The translations under genes and the position numbers were made by a program. From the NCBI RefSeq assembly GCF_058153355.1, contig NZ_CM177019.1: a stretch of 64,000 nucleotides of DNA, one strand, 5' to 3'. The notes under the pieces are model-generated. The model worked only from the letters and a program-made list of their open reading frames with translations. It made no database searches and was not told the origin of the DNA. Positions 13,051 to 22,552 of this stretch are shown here, piece by piece (positions within the stretch are counted from its first letter, which is position 1; each line of letters begins with the position of its first letter).

Positions 13051-15447
13051 ATGCACGAAAAGAACATCGCCCTGCTTTGTGATGAAGCCGACCGACTTTT
13101 GCAACTGAACATTAATCTGCTCCGGCAAATGGTTGAGGAGCCAGATGTGTTATCTGACAGTAAGAACGAAAACAGACTGCTTTTTGATAAACAGAAAGCA
13201 CTGAAAAGAATTGAGGAGCTGGAGGGCGAACAAATCAAAACCGCCCGCAGGGAGATGGTGCTGGCTGTTGTCGGCACGATGAAAGCAGGCAAATCAACCA
13301 CCATCAACGCCATTGTGGGGCAGGAAATTCTGCCTAACCGTAACCGCCCCATGACCTCTGTACCGACGCTCATCCGCCACGTTCCCGGAAAAACTGAGCC
13401 GGTTCTCCATCTGGAACATATTCAGCCTGTCCGCAATTTATTAATCACACTGCAGGAAAAACTCGCCACCCCGGCAGGACAGCAGGTCGCACAGACCCTG
13501 CAGCAAACCGGGGATACCCGCGAACTGCTGGATATTCTGACGGATGATGGCTGGCTCAAAAATGAATACCACGGGGAGGAGGAAATCTTTACCGGACTGG
13601 CATCGTTAAACGATCTGGTTCGTCTTGCTGCGGCAATGGGGACTGAATTTCCTTTTGATGAATACGCAGAAGTGCAGAAACTGCCGGTGATCGACGTGGA
13701 ATTCAGCCATCTGGTGGGGATGGATGCATGCCAGGGAACACTCACACTGCTGGATACCCCCGGCCCTAATGAGGCCGGACAACCGCAGATGGAAGTGATG
13801 ATGCGGGATCAACTGCAGAAAGCCTCTGCGGTTCTGGCTGTGATGGATTACACCCAGATGAACTCAAAAGCGGATGAAGACGTCCGTAAAGAGCTTAATG
13901 CCATTGCTGACGTATCAGCCGGCCGCCTGTTTGTACTGGTCAATAAATTTGATGAGAAAGACCGCAATGGCGATGGGGCAGATGCCGTACGCCAGAAAGT
14001 TCCGGCAATGCTGAACAGCGATGTGCTGCCCGCCTCCCGCGTTTATCCCGGATCCTCACGCCAGGCATACCTGGCTAACCGTGCGCTTCATGAGTTACGG
14101 AAAAACGGAACCCTTCCTGTTGATGAAGCCTGGGTCGATGATTTTATCAGAGGTGCCTTCGGTTGCATGAAAAAAGAATACGTCTGTAAAGACAGTGAAC
14201 TGGCAACTGAAGGGGCGACAGACCTGTGGGAAGGCTCACTTATCGATCAACTGATAACGGAAGTCATACAGAGCTCACATTCCAGAGCTGCGGCACTGGC
14301 GGTTGACTCTGCCGCCGCAAAACTGATGCAGAATGCAGAAAATATCAGTGAATACCTGTTGTTACGCCATCAGGGGCTACAGCAAAGCATTCAGTCACTG
14401 CAGTCGCATATCACCAGCCTGCTTGCGGATATCCGGGAAATCGCGGACTGTCAGGAGCAGATGACCACTGATGTCAGAATGGCCATGGAGGAGATCGATA
14501 CTAAAACCCGGGAATTACTGACGGGGGTCTGCACCTCACTGGAAGAGGAGCTGAATGACTATTTCAGAAGCGGTAAACGCAAAGAACAGCAAATGCTGGA
14601 GGAAGAAGACGCAGAACAACGAAGGTCTCAGTCCGGATTATGGGGGAAAATTTCTCAATGGTCCGGTATCAACAACCAGGGCCGGGAGGATTACAGGAAA
14701 CGAGATTTTGCCCCGGACAGCCCCGAAATAAAATTCAGTGATCGCAGGGAAGCCCTTGAACTGATGACGCAAATCGAATCGACCGTGACCAGCCTGCACC
14801 GTGAGGCTGAAGCACAGTTCCGGCCTGAGCTGGAGAAAATCGTCAGCGGGATTGAAACAGGTTTTCGTGGCACGGCCCTGTACGCCACAGAAAACATTGC
14901 CGGTCGCATCAATGCCCGCCTGGAGGATGAGGGCTTTACCGTAAAAATCAGTTTTCCGGCAGTCAGCCAGTTACAGACCCGGCTCGCGGTAAAAATAAAT
15001 CTGAGTGCGCTTATGGAGGAAAGAACGGAGACCGTCACCCGTCGCCGTCGGCAGAGTGGCGTATGGGGAACCGTTTGTCGATGGTTTGGCACCAGTGACC
15101 TGGGCTGGGAAAACTATGACGAGGATGTGAGTCGCAGCGTGATCAATATCAACAAGGTCAGAGAGGAAGTTATGTCACTGACCCGGGCATATTTCGGGGA
15201 GCTGCAGGCATCCATTGAGCAGGATATTAACCAGCCCGTCCGCCAGGAAATCGATGCCTTTTTCTGCGCATTCAGGGAGAAAGTTGAACAACTGCGTAAC
15301 ACGCTGATTCAGAGCTCTGAAGATCATAAACGCGATCAGCAGGCGCAGGAACGGCTTACCGGGCGACTTCAGGCATTAAATGAAAGGGTTCCTGAGCTCA
15401 TTACTGACAGTAAGGCGCTGAGGGAAGAGCTGGAGACAATGCTGTGA
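13051..15447 (+). CDS. bacterial dynamin-like GTPase (798 aa)
   Basis: GGAAGG SD; G1 GTMKAGKST, G3 DTPG, G4 NKFD, followed by about 500 aa of helical/coiled-coil sequence. Confidence 0.8.
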   Translation: MHEKNIALLCDEADRLLQLNINLLRQMVEEPDVLSDSKNENRLLFDKQKALKRIEELEGEQIKTARREMVLAVVGTMKAGKSTTINAIVGQEILPNRNRPMTSVPTLIRHVPGKTEPVLHLEHIQPVRNLLITLQEKLATPAGQQVAQTLQQTGDTRELLDILTDDGWLKNEYHGEEEIFTGLASLNDLVRLAAAMGTEFPFDEYAEVQKLPVIDVEFSHLVGMDACQGTLTLLDTPGPNEAGQPQMEVMMRDQLQKASAVLAVMDYTQMNSKADEDVRKELNAIADVSAGRLFVLVNKFDEKDRNGDGADAVRQKVPAMLNSDVLPASRVYPGSSRQAYLANRALHELRKNGTLPVDEAWVDDFIRGAFGCMKKEYVCKDSELATEGATDLWEGSLIDQLITEVIQSSHSRAAALAVDSAAAKLMQNAENISEYLLLRHQGLQQSIQSLQSHITSLLADIREIADCQEQMTTDVRMAMEEIDTKTRELLTGVCTSLEEELNDYFRSGKRKEQQMLEEEDAEQRRSQSGLWGKISQWSGINNQGREDYRKRDFAPDSPEIKFSDRREALELMTQIESTVTSLHREAEAQFRPELEKIVSGIETGFRGTALYATENIAGRINARLEDEGFTVKISFPAVSQLQTRLAVKINLSALMEERTETVTRRRRQSGVWGTVCRWFGTSDLGWENYDEDVSRSVININKVREEVMSLTRAYFGELQASIEQDINQPVRQEIDAFFCAFREKVEQLRNTLIQSSEDHKRDQQAQERLTGRLQALNERVPELITDSKALREELETML

Positions 15448-16349
15448 CTTCACCATTTATTCAACAAATTGCTGATAACCGGGTATGTCAGGTACTCACC
15501 TGTCTTCCTGAAAAATTTGTGGTTGATTTCGCAAACGGAATCGATGTTGCACAGGAGCATATCCGCACGGCCGGAGAGAGCACGTTCTTCCGGCGTTTAA
15601 AAGAGGGGCTGACCGGCGAAGGCGCTGCACGGCAGAATGCCATCAATGCGTCGCTTGCACAGGGCGTTGAGGCGTCCCTGCGCTGGCTGACGGAGATGAC
15701 AACGTCACTTGCCACCACAAACTACGCGATTACCCGGGTAAACGACAGGGTCAGTTCACTGGTCAGTGATACAGCCAGGCTGGCGCATTATTCCGCAGAT
15801 ACGCGGGAGCAGTTACTCACCCTGGCCGATCAGGTTCACCATAAACTGAATCATCTTGAAGAAAAACTCCACCGTGTTGACCAGGTTCAGCGGGCGCAGT
15901 TACATCTTGAGCAGATATTCTCATGGTGGAGCGCCGGGCGATATGCGTCATTTTCCCCTGCCGGACGTTGTTATGTGGCACTTGAAGAGCTTCGCTGGGG
16001 CGCGTTTGGTGATGTGATACGTCAGAGCGAAACAGGCCAGGTTAACCAGCTACTGGATATTCTCAGACATAAAGCATTAACGCAGATGGCACAGGAGAGT
16101 GGCGGTAGTGCAACCGTGCGTCTGAACACTCTGGACTGGCTTGGTGGTCAGGGCCGGGAGCAGGCAGATAACGAGTGGCATGACGCGATTAACTGGCTGG
16201 GAGACTGGTGCAGTGAAGAGCAGCATCCGGTGATCTGGTCAACCACGCAGGCTGCAGAACACTTACCGGTTCGCATGCCTCGCCTCTGCTCTGCAGAACG
16301 CCTCTCTGAAAGTATGGTCGATGAAATATTTCAGAAGGGGGCTGCATGA
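15444..16349 (+). CDS. hypothetical helical protein, middle gene of the dynamin-patatin operon
   Basis: GTG start overlaps the upstream stop (GTGA) and its own stop overlaps the next ATG (ATGA); no recognisable motif. Confidence 0.55.
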   Translation: MTSPFIQQIADNRVCQVLTCLPEKFVVDFANGIDVAQEHIRTAGESTFFRRLKEGLTGEGAARQNAINASLAQGVEASLRWLTEMTTSLATTNYAITRVNDRVSSLVSDTARLAHYSADTREQLLTLADQVHHKLNHLEEKLHRVDQVQRAQLHLEQIFSWWSAGRYASFSPAGRCYVALEELRWGAFGDVIRQSETGQVNQLLDILRHKALTQMAQESGGSATVRLNTLDWLGGQGREQADNEWHDAINWLGDWCSEEQHPVIWSTTQAAEHLPVRMPRLCSAERLSESMVDEIFQKGAA

Positions 16350-17416
16350 GTACAGAAATGAAAACGGGGCTGGTGCTGTCCGGTGGCGGGGCGGTGGGCG
16401 CTTATCAGGCGGGAGTGGTTAAGGCACTGGCAGAGTGTGGTACACAGATCAGCATGGTTTCAGGGGCCAGCATTGGCGCATTCAATGGTGCCATTATCGC
16501 GGCCTCTCCCGATCTGTCAGAAGCTGCCGTACGCCTGGAGGCGCTCTGGGATCATCTGGGGAATAATCAGGTGCTGTCGGTAAACAGATTGGTTTACTTT
16601 TCATTGCTGAAAAAATTGTTCCAGGCAATGAACCTCTGCCAGATCCCCGGACGTGCAGGAGCACTGCTTACGACGCTTCTTCGCCATATATCGACAATCA
16701 ACGGGTTTGACAATCTGATGGCTCAGCCGTTGTTGTCAGATGAGCCCCTGACAGCGCTGATGGATCATTATCTTGATACTGATGCTCTGGCAGACGGGCT
16801 ACCGCTGTATGTGTCGCTGTACCCCACAGAAGGGGGCATGCAGGATATTATTGACTGCATTCGTGCTGAACTGGGTGTCGGAACCACGAAAAACGCCGTT
16901 TTTCAGCATATCCAGAGCCTGCCCCGCGGACAGCAGAAAGAGGCTCTGCTTGCGTCAGCCGCGCTGCCCCTGCTGTTCCGTCCCCGTGAGGTTCAGGGGA
17001 CAATGTTCGGTGATGGTGGTATGGGAGGATGGCGAAATATGCAGGGAAATACCCCTGTGACGCCTCTGGTCGATGCCGGATGCAATATGGTGATTGTGAC
17101 GCATCTGAGTGACGGTTCTTTATGGGATCGCCAGGCTTTTCCGGACACCACAATCCTTGAGATCCGTCCCCGGAAAAGGCTGAAATATGCAGGTGATGGT
17201 GGCAACAGCGGCGGTCTGCTCAGTTTTACATCGGCACATACCGACGCCTGGCGTCAGCAGGGCTATGAAGACACGATGCTGGCGATGGAGCATATCCGGA
17301 AACCGCTGGCAGCACGTCAGGCACTGACCCGGTCAGAGGCGGTATTGCAGAAAAGCCTGGATATAACGGAAGAGGCAGATTTGGCACTGAGAAACGCGAT
17401 GGCCCGGATTAAATAA
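16346..17416 (+). CDS. patatin-like phospholipase
   Basis: Oxyanion-hole motif SGGGAVGAYQAG, nucleophile elbow GASIG (GxSxG) and catalytic Asp in FGDGG; translationally coupled to the upstream gene. Confidence 0.8.
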   Translation: MSTEMKTGLVLSGGGAVGAYQAGVVKALAECGTQISMVSGASIGAFNGAIIAASPDLSEAAVRLEALWDHLGNNQVLSVNRLVYFSLLKKLFQAMNLCQIPGRAGALLTTLLRHISTINGFDNLMAQPLLSDEPLTALMDHYLDTDALADGLPLYVSLYPTEGGMQDIIDCIRAELGVGTTKNAVFQHIQSLPRGQQKEALLASAALPLLFRPREVQGTMFGDGGMGGWRNMQGNTPVTPLVDAGCNMVIVTHLSDGSLWDRQAFPDTTILEIRPRKRLKYAGDGGNSGGLLSFTSAHTDAWRQQGYEDTMLAMEHIRKPLAARQALTRSEAVLQKSLDITEEADLALRNAMARIK

Positions 17417-17746
17417 AGACGCCCCAAAGAAACGCCACCGCCTGTGGTGGTGTTTTTCCTGTCTGGTGTTATTGAAAATATTTTCATATATATATTACCT
17501 GAGAGAAAGTTTTACCCCTCACCTGTCAATTCACTCACTGGAAATTTAATTATGAAATTACCTGTAAAGTTATTAATGAGCCTTATATCTCTGGTCAGCG
17601 TTATTGCACGTGCCGGGGAATATAAAAATTACAGCCGGGATGAAATAAAATACTGGCGATATACATCATACAAGGGGGGGAAACTTCCGGAAGGTTTCAC
17701 TGATGAGAAATTTTCCAGCGCCATTTACAACGGAAGAATATTTACA

Positions 17747-18235
17747 ATGAAACGTTTACATACCCTTATGTTATTTCTGGCGGTTCTGTTCACGGGCTTT
17801 AACTTTAACGCAGAAGCGGCTACCGTAAAACAAGCTCTTAGTTGTAACCCGGAAGCCTGGGCTGAACAACCTGGAGCGTGTCCATCAACGTACGAGTTGT
17901 ACGAAGGTGACGCTACCTACAAAGCCGCTATCGACAAAGCATTAAAACCGGTCGGACTGAGCGGCATGTTCGGTAAAGGCGGCTATATGGATGGCCCTGG
18001 TGGAGGTATCACGCCAGTAAACATTAACGGTACAGTCTGGTTCCAGGGCGACGGTTGCAAAGCCAATACCTGCGGCTGGGACTTTATCGTAACACTCTAT
18101 AACCCAAAAACCCATGAAGTTGTTGGCTACCGTTACTTTGGTTTAGATGACCCGGCCTACCTGGTTTGGTTCGGTGAAATTGGCGTGCATGAATTCGCGT
18201 ATCTGGTGAAAAACTACGTAGCTGCGGTTAACTAA
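17747..18235 (+). CDS. secreted protein, possibly Ivy-like (inhibitor of vertebrate lysozyme family)
   Basis: Signal peptide MKRLHTLMLFLAVLFTGFNFNAEA; CKANTCG motif resembles the Ivy CKPHDCG loop; AT-rich codon usage. N-terminal extension in the track ORF rejected. Confidence 0.45.
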   Translation: MKRLHTLMLFLAVLFTGFNFNAEAATVKQALSCNPEAWAEQPGACPSTYELYEGDATYKAAIDKALKPVGLSGMFGKGGYMDGPGGGITPVNINGTVWFQGDGCKANTCGWDFIVTLYNPKTHEVVGYRYFGLDDPAYLVWFGEIGVHEFAYLVKNYVAAVN

Positions 18236-18250
18236 TTTAAGGAGTCTATC

Positions 18251-18661
18251 ATGAAAACTTTTATCAAAACTTTACTCGTTGCTGTAACTATTCTGTTCTC
18301 TGTCTTCGCTACTGCGAAACAAGTAAAACTGCCAAATAACATCAAATACGTTAATACTACAGAAGCGTTTTCCTGTACCGAAATTGACGGTATGAATTGC
18401 CAGACAAAGAATCAGTTCAACTATAAAGATAACAGCTATGTTTTCGTGCTTGAACGTGGTGGTGCCTGGTGCTACGACTACACTGTCTCGGTAGTTAACC
18501 TGAAAACCGGGAAAGCACAAATGATTGAATACGGGGACAATCAACTGTGCTCAGGTAGCAACAAACCGTTCTTCGAAATCAAAAATGGCGTACCGACGGT
18601 AGGAGTCATCGACACATCCGGAAAACCTGTCGTTGTAGCCCAGGACAAACTTAAAATCTAA
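18251..18661 (+). CDS. small secreted hypothetical protein
   Basis: Strong SD TAAGGAG; signal peptide; four Cys; AT-rich. Confidence 0.55.
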   Translation: MKTFIKTLLVAVTILFSVFATAKQVKLPNNIKYVNTTEAFSCTEIDGMNCQTKNQFNYKDNSYVFVLERGGAWCYDYTVSVVNLKTGKAQMIEYGDNQLCSGSNKPFFEIKNGVPTVGVIDTSGKPVVVAQDKLKI

Positions 18662-18881
18662 GGAGTAAACCATGCGTTTCTCTGCACATTATTAATATCA
18701 AAGGTAAATACAGCCCCAGCCATTGTTACCGGAAAGCCGCTTAATGCGTGGCTCGCCAGTGAAAGGCCTCTCAGACAATAAACCTTATTCATTTCACCCG
18801 TCAGGCCGCGTCTTCTCCGGGAGACGCGGCTTTTTTCATTTATTGCACCAGTAAATCTTAACCACCGATAAGGAGCAAAGT

Positions 18882-19703
18882 ATGCGATTAGCAAGTCGTT
18901 TTGGTTATGCTGCAAACCAGATACGCCGTGACCGTCCGCTGACACATGAAGAACTGATACGCCATGTACCCAGTATTTTTGGGGAAGACCGGCACACCTC
19001 CCGCAGTGAACGGTATGCGTACATTCCCACCATTACCGTCCTGGAAAATCTGCAGCGGGAAGGCTTTCAGCCGTTCTTCGCCTGCCAGACCCGTGTGCGC
19101 GACCCGGGCCGCCGGGGATACACAAAACACATGCTGCGTCTGCGGCGGGCCGGAGAGATAAACGGAGAACATGTCCCTGAAATTATTCTGCTCAACTCTC
19201 ATGACGGTACCTCCAGCTACCAGATGCTGCCGGGTTACTTCAGGTTCGTCTGCCAGAACGGGTGCGTCTGTGGCCAGTCTCTGGGGGAAGTGCGTGTTCC
19301 ACACCGGGGAAATGTAGTGGAGAAAGTTATCGAAGGGGCTTACGAGGTGGTGGGCGTGTTTGACCGGATAGAGGAGAAGCGTGATGCCATGCAGTCGCTG
19401 GTCCTGCCGCCACCGGCACGCCAGGCGCTGGCACAGGCGGCACTGACTTACCGTTATGGTGACGAACATCAGCCCGTCACCACCGCCGACATTCTGACGC
19501 CGCGACGCCGGGAGGATTACGGTAAGGACCTGTGGAGCGCATATCAGACCATCCAGGAGAATATGCTGAAAGGCGGGATTTCCGGTCGCAGTGCAAAAGG
19601 AAAACGTATCCATACCCGGGCCATTCACAGCATTGATACCGACATTAAGCTCAATCGCGCATTGTGGGTGATGGCAGAAACGATGCTGGAGAGCCTGCGC
19701 TGA
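18882..19703 (+). CDS. DUF932-family protein (YfjQ/YafZ-like)
   Basis: 273-aa product with AAGGAG SD; conserved backbone position after the GTPase in CP4 elements; family assigned from recall. Confidence 0.65.
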   Translation: MRLASRFGYAANQIRRDRPLTHEELIRHVPSIFGEDRHTSRSERYAYIPTITVLENLQREGFQPFFACQTRVRDPGRRGYTKHMLRLRRAGEINGEHVPEIILLNSHDGTSSYQMLPGYFRFVCQNGCVCGQSLGEVRVPHRGNVVEKVIEGAYEVVGVFDRIEEKRDAMQSLVLPPPARQALAQAALTYRYGDEHQPVTTADILTPRRREDYGKDLWSAYQTIQENMLKGGISGRSAKGKRIHTRAIHSIDTDIKLNRALWVMAETMLESLR

Positions 19704-19784
19704 TGCCGTTTCCCTGAGTGAGGGAATCATTCAGCTTTCGTTCCTGAAAAACACACATTTATTTGTTATTTAAGGAGTTATCTC

Positions 19785-20264
19785 ATGAAAACCGTTTCTC
19801 AGAATACCCCCACAATTTATTCAGCTACAACACCAGAGAATAATCCGCCTCAGTTGGTTGCCAGCCTCGTCCCTGATGAACAGCGCATCAGCTTCTGGCC
19901 GCAGCATTTTGGCCTCATTCCACAGTGGGTGACCCTGGAGCCCCGTGTCTTCGGCTGGATGGACCGTCTGTGCGAAGACTACTGCGGTGGTATCTGGAAT
20001 CTGTACACCCTGAACAACGGCGGGGCATTTATGGCACCCGAACCGGATGACGATGATGACGAAACATGGGTACTGTTCAATGCCATGAACGGTAACCGCG
20101 CAGAAATGAGCCCGGAAGCCGCCGGTATTGCCGCCTGTCTGATGACGTACAGTCATCATGCCTGTCGTACGGAGAATTATGCCATGACGGTCCATTATTA
20201 CCGGTTGCGGGATTACGCCCTGCAGCATCCGGAATGCAGCGCCATTATGCGCATCATCGACTGA
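19785..20264 (+). CDS. antirestriction protein (ArdB/KlcA family; YfjX/YafX-like)
   Basis: 159-aa acidic protein with TAAGGAG SD, in the usual backbone position before the RadC-like gene. Confidence 0.6.
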   Translation: MKTVSQNTPTIYSATTPENNPPQLVASLVPDEQRISFWPQHFGLIPQWVTLEPRVFGWMDRLCEDYCGGIWNLYTLNNGGAFMAPEPDDDDDETWVLFNAMNGNRAEMSPEAAGIAACLMTYSHHACRTENYAMTVHYYRLRDYALQHPECSAIMRIID

Positions 20265-20279
20265 ATGGAGAGAAGCACA

Positions 20280-20756
20280 ATGCAACAACTTTCCTTTCTG
20301 CCCGGAGAGATGACGCCCGGCGAGCGCAGCCTCATTCAACGGGCCCTGAAAACCCTGGACCGCCATCTTCATGAACCCGGCGTGGCCTTCACCTCCACCC
20401 GTGCAGCACGGGAATGGCTGATTCTGAACATGGCGGGACTGGAGCGTGAAGAATTCCGGGTGCTGTATCTGAACAACCAGAATCAGCTGATTGCCGGTGA
20501 AACCCTCTTCACCGGCACCATCAACCGCACGGAAGTCCATCCCCGGGAAGTGATTAAACGCGCCCTGTACCACAATGCCGCTGCCGTGGTACTGGCACAC
20601 AATCACCCGTCCGGTGAAGTCACACCCAGTAAGGCAGACCGGCTTATCACCGAACGTCTGGTACAGGCACTGGGCCTGGTGGATATCCGGGTGCCGGACC
20701 ATCTGATAGTCGGTGGCAACCAGGTTTTCTCCTTTGCCGAACATGGTCTGCTTTAA
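20280..20756 (+). CDS. yeeS: RadC-like JAB-domain protein YeeS
   Basis: JAB/MPN motif HNHPSGEVTPSKAD; start set at MQQLSF by comparison with recalled K-12 YeeS. Confidence 0.8.
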   Translation: MQQLSFLPGEMTPGERSLIQRALKTLDRHLHEPGVAFTSTRAAREWLILNMAGLEREEFRVLYLNNQNQLIAGETLFTGTINRTEVHPREVIKRALYHNAAAVVLAHNHPSGEVTPSKADRLITERLVQALGLVDIRVPDHLIVGGNQVFSFAEHGLL

Positions 20757-20818
20757 CCCTTCACAACCACATCACACCTGTTTTCACTTTTATCTTCTGT
20801 CTTCAGAGGTATCCCATT

Positions 20819-21040
20819 ATGAAAATTATCACCCGTGGTGAAGCCATGCGTATTCACCAACAACATCCGACATCCCGTCTTTTTCCGTTCTGTACCGGTA
20901 AATACCGCTGGCACGGCAGTGCTGAAGCGTATACCGGTCGTGAAGTGCAGGATATTCCCGGTGTGCTGGCCGTGTTTGCTGAACGCCGTAAGGACAGTTT
21001 TGGTCCGTATGTCCGGCTGATGAGCGTCACCCTGAACTGA
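20819..21040 (+). CDS. yeeT: DUF987 protein YeeT
   Basis: 73-aa product matching recalled YeeT/YpjJ family sequence. Confidence 0.75.
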   Translation: MKIITRGEAMRIHQQHPTSRLFPFCTGKYRWHGSAEAYTGREVQDIPGVLAVFAERRKDSFGPYVRLMSVTLN

Positions 21041-21113
21041 GTGGGAATTCTGATGAGCAGAATTATCGCCACTACCGGACCATTCTTAGCCGATTTTCTG
21101 TAAGGATTTTATC

Positions 21114-21482
21114 GTGTCAGACACACTCCCCGGGACAACACTTCCCGACGACAATCACGACCGCCCCTGGTGGGGGCTGCCCTGCACCGTGACGCCCTGT
21201 TTCGGGGCACGTCTGGTGCAGGAGGGTAACCGGTTGCATTACCTTGCCGACCGCGCCGGTATCAGAGGCCTGTTCAGCGATGCAGATGCGTACCACCTGG
21301 ACCAGGCCTTTCCGCTGCTGATGAAACAACTGGAACTCATGCTCACCAGCGGTGAACTGAATCCCCGCCATCAGCATACCGTCACGCTGTATGCAAAAGG
21401 GCTGACCTGCAAAGCCGATACCCTCAGCAGTTGTGGTTACGTTTATCTGGCTGTTTATCCGACGCCCGAAATGAAAAATTAA
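21114..21482 (+). CDS. cbeA: type IV antitoxin CbeA (YeeU)
   Basis: 122-aa product matching recalled CbeA sequence (MSDTLPGTTLPDDNHDRPWWGLPCTV...). Confidence 0.85.
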   Translation: MSDTLPGTTLPDDNHDRPWWGLPCTVTPCFGARLVQEGNRLHYLADRAGIRGLFSDADAYHLDQAFPLLMKQLELMLTSGELNPRHQHTVTLYAKGLTCKADTLSSCGYVYLAVYPTPEMKN

Positions 21483-21570
21483 CTCTCCAGAATAGCCTTC
21501 TGCTACGGCCTGGTGTTTTCACCACGCCACTTTTCCATTTTTATATCTGCATATCAGGAAAATCTTCAGT

Positions 21571-21944
21571 ATGAAAACATTACCTGTATTACCCGGGCAG
21601 GCGGCCAGTTCTCGCCCGTCTCCTGTTGAAATCTGGCAGATACTGCTGTCCCGACTGCTGGACCAGCACTATGGCCTCACACTGAATGACACACCTTTTG
21701 CCGATGAACGTGTGATTGAGCAGCATATTGAGGCAGGCATTTCACTGTGTGATGCGGTGAACTTTCTCGTGGAAAAATACGCGCTGGTGCTACCGACCAG
21801 CCGGGATTCAGCGCCTGTACCCGCTCTCAGTTAATAAACAGCATCGATATCCTCCGGGCTCGCAGGGCGACCGGCCTGATGACCCGCGACAATTACAGAA
21901 CGGTAAATAACATTACCCTGGGTAAGTATCCGGAGGCGAAATGA
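21571..21944 (+). pseudogene. cbtA: toxin CbtA (YeeV), frameshifted
   Basis: First 73 codons match CbtA; the frame then terminates at 21832..21834, while the canonical C-terminus ([41 protein letters not shown]) is encoded in another frame ending at 21944. Confidence 0.7.
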
Positions 21945-22135
21945 TGACACTGGAAGCCGACAGCGTTAACGTACAGGCGCTGGATATGGGGCACATTGTC
22001 GTTGACATTGATGGTGTTAATATCACTGAACTGATTAATAAGGCCGCTGAAAACGGTTATTCACTCCGCGTGGTGGATGACCGTGACTCTACCGAAACAC
22101 CGGCAACTTATGCCAGCCCTCACCAGTTGCTGTAA
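21941..22135 (+). CDS. yeeW: YeeW-like protein
   Basis: 64-aa ORF whose ATG overlaps the canonical cbtA stop (ATGA). Confidence 0.6.
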   Translation: MMTLEADSVNVQALDMGHIVVDIDGVNITELINKAAENGYSLRVVDDRDSTETPATYASPHQLL

Positions 22136-22289
22136 GACAATGCAGTGATGCAGGGTATAGTGCCATTAACCACAGAAACAGCACTGTTGTCCTGTATTAA
22201 GCAGGCAAGAGAAGATGTCCTTACCCTGCGCCATCTGCAGCTTCTGCACCAGAACCGGTGAATCTCACTCAACAGGCTTCATTTCCCCT

Positions 22290-22318
22290 GACGCCAGCCT
22301 GAATACAGCTGGCGTTTT
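22290..22318 (+). terminator. rho-independent terminator after yeeW
   Basis: Hairpin CGCCAGC-CTGAATACA-GCTGGCG followed by TTTT. Confidence 0.6.
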
Positions 22319-22490
22319 CATTTATAAACAGAAAGGAAAACCGATAATAATGGAATGGACGCCCCGACCATGAAGCAACGGTAGGATATTACTGATAAAC
22401 CTTCCAGTGGAGGTGCGTTATGGCCGTTTTAACGATTAGCATTGACCTGACAAAAAATGAATTCCAAATCCACGGTCTGGGTAGGAACAG

Positions 22491-22552
22491 AAAAATCTAA
22501 GCTCAGAAAACGGATTAAAGTAAAAATCTAAGCTCAGAAAACGGATTAAAGT
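22491..22552 (+). repeat. perfect 31-bp tandem duplication (2 copies) in the leader of the IS110-family transposase
   Basis: AAAAATCTAAGCTCAGAAAACGGATTAAAGT at 22491..22521 and again at 22522..22552. Confidence 0.9.

Noticed and set aside
17444-17746. Upstream part of the 263-aa ORF ahead of the Ivy-like gene
   Set aside because: A signal peptide starts at the internal Met at 17747; the upstream segment has no SD-supported start and looks like a remnant.
22491-22552. CRISPR array (also considered for the yeeJ repeats and the 9-mer arrays)
   Set aside because: The 31-bp unit occurs only twice with no spacers, the yeeJ repeats are coding, and the 9-mers are too short and irregularly spaced; no repeat-spacer architecture or cas genes are present.
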